In this document: in pieces, positions 17,833 through 24,000 of the stretch
How positions within the stretch are numbered: position 1 is the first letter of the stretch
Layout of the letters: the number at the start of each line of letters is the position of its first letter
NCBI GenBank assembly: GCA_006226495.1
Contig: SBGU01000004.1
Location: 38,766-62,765 of the forward strand
Direction of reading: 5' to 3'
Source: Alphaproteobacteria bacterium
Lineage (GTDB): Bacteria > Pseudomonadota > Alphaproteobacteria > Sphingomonadales > Kordiimonadaceae
DNA length: 24,000 nt
Program-made: the position numbers and the translations under genes
The notes under the pieces: model-generated
What the model saw: the letters and a program-made list of their open reading frames with translations, nothing else
What the model was told of the DNA's origin: nothing
Databases searched by the model: none

Positions 17833-19926
17833 ATGGCAAAAGATGCGACTCAGGACGACGACAAGGACATCAGCACCGAAGAAAGCAGTTCGGGCCCGCT
17901 GGTGGATTCTGCCGAAGCCGCCGTCAAGAAGATGATCGCACGGGCCAAGGAACGCGGCTATATCTCTTATGATGAGCTGAACGCCACCTTGCCGACCGAA
18001 GAAATGTCCTCTGAACGTATCGAGGACATCATGACCATGCTTTCCGAGATGGGCATCAACGTGATCGACGGCGACGAGCCCGACGATGGCGAAAATAGCG
18101 ATTCGTCCAATTCGTCCGACGATGACAGCGACGACAGCGACGACAGCGACAACAGCGACGAAGAATTCCGCACCACCGACAAGAAGGAAGCGGGCGACCG
18201 CACCGACGACCCCGTGCGCATGTATCTGCGCGAAATGGGCTCGGTCGAGCTTCTGTCGCGCGAGGGCGAGATCGCGATCGCCAAGCGGATCGAAGCCGGC
18301 CGCGCCACCATGATCGAGGGCCTGTGCATGAGCCCGCTGACGTTCCAGGCCATCATCGAATGGGCCGAGCGTCTGGAAAATGGCGACATGCTCTTGCGCG
18401 ACATCATCGACCTTGAAGCCACCTTGGGCAAGGAACCCGACGGCGCCGACCTCGAAAGCGAGACCGGCGGCGACGTGATTGCCGAAAGCACCGACGACGG
18501 CAAGGACGACGAAGACGAGCAGCCGCGCCGCAAGGCCCGTTCCGCGGACGATGAGGACGAGGATGGCGAGCGGTCTTCCGGCGACGATGATGAAGAATCG
18601 GAAGGCGACAGCAACAATGACGACACGGGCGGCGACGATGACGACGATGAAGAATCGGCCATGTCGCTGTCGGCCATGGAAGCGCACCTGAAGCCGGAAA
18701 CCATCGAGAAATTCCAGCTTATCACCGCCACCTATAAAAAATACGCCAAGCTGCAGGAAGCGCGCCTGTCCGCCGCCGTGCAGGGCGACGACCTGTCCGG
18801 CCCGCAGGACCGCCGCTTCAAGAAGCTGCGCGACGACCTGATCGCGCTTGTATCGTCGGTGAAATTCAATGCCGTGCGTATCGAGGAACTGGTCGACGAG
18901 CTGTATGGTCTGAACAAGCGCCTGATGAGCCTGTCGGGCCGTCTGTTGCGCCTGGCCGAAAGCCACAAGGTTGCCCGCGTTTCCTTCCTGGAGGAATATC
19001 AGGGCAACGAGCTGGATGAAGAATGGCTCGACCGGGTCGGCAAACTGAAAGCCAAGGGCTGGGCCTCGTTCGTGGCCGCCGAAGGCGACGCTGTCCGCAA
19101 CATCCGCGAACAGGTTGCCGAAGTGCTGAACCGGTCCGGCCTGCATGCCGAAGAATTCCGCCGCATCGTGCGCACGGTGCAGAAGGGCGAAAAAGAAGCC
19201 CGCATCGCCAAAAAAGAGATGGTCGAGGCCAACCTGCGCCTCGTGATCTCGATCGCGAAAAAATACACCAACCGCGGCCTGCAGTTCCTCGATCTTATCC
19301 AGGAAGGCAACATCGGCCTGATGAAGGCGGTGGACAAGTTCGAATACCGCCGCGGTTACAAATTCTCGACCTATGCCACCTGGTGGATCAGGCAGGCGAT
19401 CACCCGGTCGATCGCCGACCAGGCCCGCACCATCCGTATTCCGGTGCATATGATCGAAACCATCAACAAGCTGGTGCGTACCGGCCGCCAGATGCTGCAT
19501 GAAATCGGCCGCGAGGCGACCCCGGAAGAACTGGCCGAACGCCTGTCCATGCCGCTTGAAAAAGTGCGCAAGGTCATGAAGATCGCCAAGGAACCGATCT
19601 CGCTCGAAACCCCGATCGGCGACGAGGAAGACAGTCACCTGGGCGACTTCATCGAAGACAAGAACGCCATCCTGCCGGTGGATGCCGCCATTCAGGCCAA
19701 CCTGCGCGAGACCACCACCCGCGTGCTGGCGTCCCTGACCCCGCGCGAGGAACGGGTGCTGCGCATGCGTTTTGGCATCGGCATGAACACCGACCATACG
19801 CTCGAGGAAGTTGGCCAGCAGTTCTCGGTGACCCGGGAACGTATCCGCCAGATCGAAGCCAAGGCGCTCCGCAAACTGAAGCACCCCAGCCGGTCGCGCC
19901 AGTTGCGCAGTTTCCTGGACAACTGA
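17833..19926 (+). CDS. rpoD: RNA polymerase primary sigma factor RpoD
   Basis: 697 aa, with GGAGA upstream. Conserved regions include [11 protein letters not shown] (1.2), [58 protein letters not shown] (2) and [32 protein letters not shown] (4.2). There are two strongly acidic inserts. Confidence 0.98.
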   Translation: MAKDATQDDDKDISTEESSSGPLVDSAEAAVKKMIARAKERGYISYDELNATLPTEEMSSERIEDIMTMLSEMGINVIDGDEPDDGENSDSSNSSDDDSDDSDDSDNSDEEFRTTDKKEAGDRTDDPVRMYLREMGSVELLSREGEIAIAKRIEAGRATMIEGLCMSPLTFQAIIEWAERLENGDMLLRDIIDLEATLGKEPDGADLESETGGDVIAESTDDGKDDEDEQPRRKARSADDEDEDGERSSGDDDEESEGDSNNDDTGGDDDDDEESAMSLSAMEAHLKPETIEKFQLITATYKKYAKLQEARLSAAVQGDDLSGPQDRRFKKLRDDLIALVSSVKFNAVRIEELVDELYGLNKRLMSLSGRLLRLAESHKVARVSFLEEYQGNELDEEWLDRVGKLKAKGWASFVAAEGDAVRNIREQVAEVLNRSGLHAEEFRRIVRTVQKGEKEARIAKKEMVEANLRLVISIAKKYTNRGLQFLDLIQEGNIGLMKAVDKFEYRRGYKFSTYATWWIRQAITRSIADQARTIRIPVHMIETINKLVRTGRQMLHEIGREATPEELAERLSMPLEKVRKVMKIAKEPISLETPIGDEEDSHLGDFIEDKNAILPVDAAIQANLRETTTRVLASLTPREERVLRMRFGIGMNTDHTLEEVGQQFSVTRERIRQIEAKALRKLKHPSRSRQLRSFLDN

Positions 19927-19982
19927 CAAGAGACAGGAAACCGGCATTGTTTCGGGATCGGAATAAACAAGGGGGCGGCCTT

Positions 19983-20876
19983 ATGGGGCTGCCCCTTCTG
20001 TTTATGGCCCTTCTGTTTGCGGCCCAGTTGCCCGCCCGCGCCGACGACAGTGAAGCGCCGGCCAGCCATGCCCTGAGCCTCGATTTCGCGGGGCGTTTCC
20101 TCGTGGAGGTGCAGGTGGCGGACAACCCGCGCCGCTTCCCGTTCCTGTTGGATACGGGCGCGGAACGCACCATGCTGTATCGGTCCCTGGTCACCGAACT
20201 CGACCTTTCGGCCCTGCCGCGCCAATCGACCCGGGTGCAGACCGCCACCGGCATCCGCACCATGCAGCTTTATGATGTCGGCAGCCTGCAGGCCCTTGGC
20301 CGGACCGTGCGGCCCGGCCCCGCCGCCGTGATGCCCGATGTCGACCTGCCGGGCACCTATGGCATCCTGGGTGTCGAATTCCTGCATGGCCGCACGGTCG
20401 AACTGGCGGGCGACCGCCTGACGGTCCATGAAGGCAGCGCCATGCCGCCCCGGGACGGCTGGTTCCATATAGAAGGCCGGCCGGTCGGGCGCGGCAGCCT
20501 GGCGGTCGATGTCCAGATCGGCACGCTTCTTGTGCCGGCCATGGTCGATACCGGTGCCAATGTCAGTGTCCTCAATCGGGCGGCCTACCGGGCGCTGGTT
20601 GAAGGCGGCTGGGTCGAGTTGGAGGAAAATGTCGACAGCCTGATCGCCGCCGGTGGCACCGTGCAGGCGGCGCGCGTCAGCGGCAAGCAGGTCGCCATCG
20701 GTGGCAAGACCTATGGCAGGCCGTCGCTTCTGGTGGCCGACCTGTCGATCTTCGCGTCCCTGGGCGCGCGCCACAGCCCGGCCATGATCATCGGCATGGA
20801 CCTGATCGGCCGCCAGCCGGTGGTGATCGATTTCAGCCGCTGGCAACTGGCGATCCGGGAGGCGGACACGCCTTGA
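19983..20876 (+). CDS. Secreted two-domain retropepsin-like (clan AA) aspartic protease
   Basis: ATG at 19983 has AAGGGGG upstream, and TTG at 19947 is also possible. The signal peptide is MGLPLLFMALLFAAQLPARA-DD. There are two D-T-G-A active-site motifs (FLLDTGAERT and AMVDTGANVS). Each is followed about 65-85 aa later by an ILGVEFL / IIGMDLI flap/dimer-type motif. Confidence 0.75.
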   Translation: MGLPLLFMALLFAAQLPARADDSEAPASHALSLDFAGRFLVEVQVADNPRRFPFLLDTGAERTMLYRSLVTELDLSALPRQSTRVQTATGIRTMQLYDVGSLQALGRTVRPGPAAVMPDVDLPGTYGILGVEFLHGRTVELAGDRLTVHEGSAMPPRDGWFHIEGRPVGRGSLAVDVQIGTLLVPAMVDTGANVSVLNRAAYRALVEGGWVELEENVDSLIAAGGTVQAARVSGKQVAIGGKTYGRPSLLVADLSIFASLGARHSPAMIIGMDLIGRQPVVIDFSRWQLAIREADTP

Positions 20877-21020
20877 TCCGCTGCCCGGATGGCCATCTGC
20901 CAGCGGGGGCGACACGCCGGCGTCCCGGCAAGACAAACGCGGTGCCGGATGGTTCGGCGCTGCGGTTTTATCGGGGCATCTGTGTGGCTGTGCGGCCCCG
21001 GGCGCCGGGGCCGGCGGCAA

Positions 21021-21104
21021 TCTGTTGCGCATGGGGACCGGTCTGTTGCATCTGCAACAGATTTGGCGGCTTCTTTACGGGCTTTTGTTGCCGGTGCAAC
21101 AAAA
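21021..21104. other. Phased TGTTGC-N4-GCAACA palindromes in a convergent intergenic region
   Basis: TCTGTTGCA-TC-TGCAACAGA spans 21042-21061 (9-bp perfect arms). TTTTGTTGC-CGGT-GCAACAAAA spans 21083-21104 (9-bp perfect arms). A half-site TCTGTTGCGCA starts at 21021. TGTTGC occurs at 21023, 21044 and 21086, giving spacings of 21 and 42 bp. Confidence 0.8.
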
Positions 21105-21147
21105 TGGCTCGCTCCTGGCGTGTGGGCCGAAAGCCGGGGCCTGAGGG

Positions 21148-21471
21148 TCAGGCTTCCAGAAGCTCGCGCAGGGCTGCGGGGTTGCGGTTGGCGATGGGCT
21201 GGTTCTGCCCTGCCAGTTGCTGGCGCACCTGCTCGGCCGCGGCGCGGGCGCTGTCACGGCTCAGCTCACTGTCGACCTTGCGGGCGACCGCCGTGTCGCT
21301 AACCCCTTGTTCCAGATTGGAAACGGACAGGATGGCGGCTTCGTCGCGCGGCTCGGCGCCGGGCTTCTTGCCGCTCGAATCCACCTGTGCCTCCGGCGAT
21401 TTTTTGGCCGGTTTCTGCACCTGTGCCGCGTTTGCCTGATCGCCTGCCGTGCCTTTGACCGAAAAACTCAT
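21148..21471 (-). CDS. Small hypothetical protein (Lys/Ala/Gln-rich N-terminal half, helical C-terminal half)
   Basis: The 107-aa product is taken from ATG at 21471; the ORF is open to 21576. Its composition is protein-like, unlike the overlapping + strand ORFs. I recognise no family. The C-terminus reads QQLAGQNQPIANRNPAALRELLEA. The RBS is weak. Confidence 0.45.
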   Translation of the reverse strand: MSFSVKGTAGDQANAAQVQKPAKKSPEAQVDSSGKKPGAEPRDEAAILSVSNLEQGVSDTAVARKVDSELSRDSARAAAEQVRQQLAGQNQPIANRNPAALRELLEA

Positions 21472-21556
21472 GTTCAACACCTTGTCCGCACGGCGCCCTG
21501 TTGGCGCAAGTGCCTGTTTATTCAAAACTATCATGCCAGAAACCGGCGCTTTTGGG

Positions 21557-21587
21557 AAGGCCGGGCGGTTTGGCACCCGGCCTTTTT
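21557..21587. terminator. Hairpin downstream of the aminopeptidase gene, with its U-tract on the plus strand only
   Basis: A 9-bp stem pairs aaggccggg (21557-21565) with cccggcctt (21576-21584) around a 10-nt loop. TTTTT (21583-21587) follows on the plus strand. On the minus strand, which is the gene strand, the hairpin is followed by cccaaaag. Confidence 0.4.
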
Positions 21588-21616
21588 CCCGCTATTTGCC
21601 CGGGCCTGTCCTGGCT

Positions 21617-23068
21617 CTAGCGTTTATATTGCAGGAAGGCGGCAATGCCGTCCCGAAGTGCCATCACATCCAGTTTGTCGCTGACCGCATAGGGCGTGTG
21701 GATCGACAGCACCGGCACACCAAAGTCAATGGTATCAACGTTGTAGCGGGCAATCTCGCCGCCCAGGGTGCCACCGCCCGCACGCCCGACCTTGTAGGTC
21801 GTGGTCTGCCAGGGCACCTTCTTTTCATCAAGCGCAGCCCGGGTCCAGGCGATGAATTCGCTGTTGGCATTGAAGCCCCGGCCATACAGTTTGATATTCA
21901 CACCATACCCAAGGCGCGGCGCGTTCGACAGTTCCCACACACCCGGGTTCATCGGGTTCACACCGGGGTTCACATCGATCGACAGGGCTTTCGAGGCTCT
22001 GAGCGCCCGCGCCAGCATGGGCTGGCGGTACTGGTCGCCGGCTTCGGCGAACAGCATTTCTCCAATAAGATCCGTCAGATAGCTCGAGGATGCGCCGGTG
22101 TTGTTGATATTGCCGGACTCTTCATTATCCGCCAGCAGGATCACGGCGGTCTCCGGCAGGTCACGCACTTCGGCGGCGGCATGCAGGCTCGCGAACGCCG
22201 CCAGCCGGTCGTCCTGGCCGTAAGCCGCAATCAACCTCCGGTCGAAACCAACATCGCGCGGCGCCATCGCCGGCACCAGTGCCAGCTCCGCCGACACCAT
22301 GTCTGAGGCGTCTAAGTTATGGGAATCTTTAAGGAATTTCAGGACCCAGTCGCCCGCGTTCAGGTCGCCATGCGGGCCCGATGCGGCAATGGGGTCCAGG
22401 TCTTCATGCTCCACAACACTGCTGGCATCCTTTTTCATCTGGTCGCGCGCCACATGGGGCGACAGGTCGGGGATAATGAAAATCGGATCGCTGTCCTTGA
22501 TGCCGATATTGATCTCGACGGTCTTGCCATCCTTGCGGTCGACCCGGCCAACGAGCGCGAGCGGTACGTTGGTCCACTGGTAAGTCTTTATGCCACCATG
22601 ATAATTGGTCTGGAACAGGGCAAATTCCTGCGTGTCATATACCGGCCGGCCCTTCAGTTCCAGGCGCGGGCTGTCGATGTGGCTTGCCACAATGCGCACA
22701 CCTTCCGCCACGGGTTTTGCACCGCCGATGATCAGGGTCATGGCCCGGTCGCGGTTCAGGTGGTAATAGCGCGCCCCCGCCTTGATGGCCGTGCCCGGTT
22801 TCCACTCGCGAAAGCCCATGCGCTCGGCTTCCTGCTTCACGGCGGCAACCGCCTGCAGTTCGGTGCGGGCACCGGAGAGGAACTTCTTGTAGGCCTCGCC
22901 CAGCGCCATGGCGTCTGCGGTCTTTTTGCTGTTGGCATCCTTCCAGGCGCTGTCGCAGGTGCCCTGCGCGCACGGCTTGTCGTCCGCCCATGCACCCGGC
23001 GCCGCCATGAAGGCGACCGACGCTGCCAATGTTGCTGCAAGTCCCGCTGTCATCAGACTTTTTTTCAT
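21617..23068 (-). CDS. M18-family aminopeptidase with signal peptide
   Basis: The 484-aa product from ATG at 23068 has GGAGTGGG upstream. The signal peptide is MKKSLMTAGLAATLAASVAFMAAPGAWA-DD. M18-like motifs include ASHIDSPRLELKGRP, YGQDDRLAAFASL, LADNEESGN and DFGVPVLSIHTPYAV. Confidence 0.8.
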   Translation of the reverse strand: MKKSLMTAGLAATLAASVAFMAAPGAWADDKPCAQGTCDSAWKDANSKKTADAMALGEAYKKFLSGARTELQAVAAVKQEAERMGFREWKPGTAIKAGARYYHLNRDRAMTLIIGGAKPVAEGVRIVASHIDSPRLELKGRPVYDTQEFALFQTNYHGGIKTYQWTNVPLALVGRVDRKDGKTVEINIGIKDSDPIFIIPDLSPHVARDQMKKDASSVVEHEDLDPIAASGPHGDLNAGDWVLKFLKDSHNLDASDMVSAELALVPAMAPRDVGFDRRLIAAYGQDDRLAAFASLHAAAEVRDLPETAVILLADNEESGNINNTGASSSYLTDLIGEMLFAEAGDQYRQPMLARALRASKALSIDVNPGVNPMNPGVWELSNAPRLGYGVNIKLYGRGFNANSEFIAWTRAALDEKKVPWQTTTYKVGRAGGGTLGGEIARYNVDTIDFGVPVLSIHTPYAVSDKLDVMALRDGIAAFLQYKR

Positions 23069-23135
23069 GTCCCACTCCAAAAATTGTAACAAAAACCGTG
23101 CCCACATTTCCTTACTTAGAATGCAGGGCGTGCCA

Positions 23136-23164
23136 TTGCAAATGTTCCCGCATGACCCTATATC
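23136..23164 (+). promoter_or_regulatory. Candidate sigma70-type promoter for the PspB-like gene
   Basis: TTGCAA (23136-23141) is followed by a 17-nt spacer and TATATC (23159-23164). This lies about 36 nt upstream of the ATG at 23200. Confidence 0.4.
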
Positions 23165-23199
23165 GAACTGATACACAAGAAAACGGCGAGGATTTCAAA

Positions 23200-23424
23200 A
23201 TGATGTTATGGGACATGATCGTGCTGGTGGTATTGATCGGCGTCTTGGGCGGCACCATCAATAACTGGATTCGCATGCGTGAAAAGCAGATGAAGGCCCA
23301 GGTGGCCGGGCTTGATGAAGCGACCTCCGCCCGCATGGCCAAGCTTGAGGAGCGTGTTCGCGTGCTGGAACGCATCGTCACCGACAAAAGCTCCCGTCTC
23401 AAGGAAGAGATAGACGCGCTCTGA
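23200..23424 (+). CDS. Small single-pass membrane protein, PspB-like
   Basis: 74 aa, with GAGGA 7 nt upstream. An N-terminal TM helix (MMLWDMIVLVVLIGVLGGTI) is followed by a coiled-coil tail (ARMAKLEERVRVLERIVTD). The size and layout resemble E. coli PspB (...RMRERIQALESILD). No pspA or pspC gene is nearby. Confidence 0.5.
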   Translation: MMLWDMIVLVVLIGVLGGTINNWIRMREKQMKAQVAGLDEATSARMAKLEERVRVLERIVTDKSSRLKEEIDAL

Positions 23425-23540
23425 CGCCTGCCCGGGCTGGCGCAGCGACCCGTGGCGGCTGGCTGGCCGCTGGGGGGCTGGCCTGTCATTTTTGGACTGT
23501 TCAACGGGGGGCGCTTTTGCTACAGCAAGCCCCGTGGTCG

Positions 23541-23617
23541 GGGCCTGTAGCTCAGTTGGTTAGAGCTGGCCGCTCATAACGGCTTGGTCGGGGGTTCGAG
23601 TCCCTCCGGGCCCACCA
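23541..23617 (+). tRNA. tRNA with CAT anticodon (elongator Met by anticodon; tRNA-Ile2/lysidine type is possible)
   Basis: A 77-nt cloverleaf was folded by hand. The acceptor stem pairs GGGCCTG with CGGGCCC. The D arm is GCTC-AGTTGGTTA-GAGC. The anticodon arm is GGCCG-CTCATAA-CGGCT, with CAT at 23575-23577. The variable loop is TGGTC, the T arm is GGGGG-TTCGAGT-CCCTC, and CCA is encoded. The G1-C72 pair argues against an initiator tRNA. Confidence 0.9.
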
Positions 23618-23659
23618 CTCCACTTTTAAGTTATTGATATATATTGTTTATTCGGTATT

Positions 23660-23689
23660 TTGTCTAACCGGCGGGTTAAGGTTAGACAA
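23660..23689. repeat. Perfect 10-bp inverted repeat in the AT-rich region after the tRNA
   Basis: ttgtctaacc (23660-23669) and ggttagacaa (23680-23689) are separated by a 10-nt loop. Confidence 0.85.
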
Positions 23690-23846
23690 TTATTGGCCCC
23701 GTTTTGCTGTCCGTTCCCACGGTAAGTGAAATTTTTCTCGGCCAAATGAAATGTGAGACGGAATCGTCCCCTGCGGGAGGCCTTGCTGCTTCTGGGTTCG
23801 CTGAGACTACCTCCATATCTGCTGGAATTTGCGTTTGCCGGCATAA

Positions 23847-23902
23847 CATGCGCGCATGGTTGCATGATCATGCGCGATAACCGAAAGGTATCGACGATAC
23901 CT
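23847..23902. other. Cluster of three short perfect palindromes
   Basis: The palindromes are catgcgcgcatg (23847-23858), gcatgatcatgc (23862-23873) and aggtatcg-a-cgatacct (23886-23902). In addition, cgcgcatg (23851-23858) pairs with catgcgcg (23869-23876). Confidence 0.8.
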
Positions 23903-24000
23903 ATATTGAACGGAGAATGAGGCCGCGGGTGCAAAAGTCGGTGCCGAACCGACCGCGTCCAGCGGCAAGCATGTTGCGGACAAGCTCGGCCTTCTATTGC

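Noticed and set aside
17764-19947. A 727-aa ORF on the - strand, plus a Ser-rich 254-aa ORF at 17967-18731.
   Set aside because: Both are antisense to rpoD. Their composition mirrors the acidic and repetitive codons of rpoD, and neither has any recognisable domain.
19692-21032. A 446-aa - strand ORF, with the overlapping 204-aa ORF at 19649-20263.
   Set aside because: These are antisense to the rpoD 3' end and the retropepsin-like gene. Both are Arg/Pro/Ala/Gly-rich, and neither has an RBS or domain signal.
21044-21101. Calling the TGTTGC-N4-GCAACA palindromes genuine parS sites.
   Set aside because: By my count only 12 of 16 positions match the parS consensus, and the central 4 nt are not palindromic. 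No parAB genes are in the window. The resemblance is kept only as a hypothesis in the findings.
21500-21540. A sigma54-like element on the minus strand (TGGCAT-N5-TTTTG) upstream of the small orphan.
   Set aside because: GG is present at the -24 position, but the -12 element lacks the conserved GC (consensus TTGC). No enhancer-binding-protein gene is nearby.
20873-21684. Plus-strand ORFs 20873-21439 (188 aa), 20889-21302 (137 aa) and 21217-21684 (155 aa).
   Set aside because: Their products are Arg/Cys/Gly/Ala-rich nonsense-like sequences. They overlap one another and the more protein-like minus-strand ORF, and none has an RBS.
23200-23424. Calling a phage-shock (psp) system.
   Set aside because: Only a PspB-like mini-protein is present, with no pspA, pspC or pspF nearby. 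The similarity is limited to size, a TM helix and a coiled-coil motif.
23626-23934. A 102-aa - strand ORF next to the tRNA, considered as a possible integrase or excisionase remnant.
   Set aside because: It shows no similarity to tyrosine-recombinase or Xis motifs that I can recognise. It spans the AT-rich and palindromic region and has no RBS.

Overview
This is a high-G+C bacterial chromosomal segment. Gene content and order (greA, carB/carA, GatB/YqeY-dnaG-rpoD, a DUF559 gene, palindromic intergenic repeats) look alphaproteobacterial; that is recollection, not a search result. Most of the window is ordinary core genome. Read left to right:
- a DUF2147-like periplasmic protein
- two tandem paralogous degenerate CheY-like receiver proteins
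- a TraB/GumN-family protein
- a 573-aa DUF2336-like/PAS-like orphan
- an Lrp/AsnC regulator
- a lower-G+C secreted Cys-containing orphan
- an orphan family-3 solute-binding protein
- greA
- a long HxlR regulator divergent from a 4-OT-family tautomerase
- carB and carA, separated by an opposite-strand DUF559 gene
- a GatB/YqeY protein, dnaG and rpoD
- a two-domain retropepsin-like protease
- a small helical orphan
- a signal-peptide-bearing M18 aminopeptidase
- a PspB-like mini membrane protein
- a tRNA with a CAT anticodon, followed by an AT-rich, palindrome-dense stretch.

I found no convincing multi-gene defence, secretion or biosynthetic system and do not claim one. The items most worth a second look are non-coding or small-scale:
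1. A carA 5' leader with a promoter, a 10-codon uORF and a terminator-like hairpin, which may be an attenuator.
2. Two 16-bp TGTTGC-N4-GCAACA palindromes plus a half-site, phased at 21/42 bp, in a convergent intergenic region.
3. Five copies of a MITE-like element bounded by inverted repeats, arranged as two tandem arrays. One array duplicates a terminator upstream of dnaG.
4. carA and carB uncoupled by an antisense DUF559 gene and REP-like hairpins.
5. The tandem pseudo-receiver pair, one copy with an Arg-rich C-terminal tail.

The many long ORFs antisense to recognised genes are treated as high-G+C shadow ORFs.
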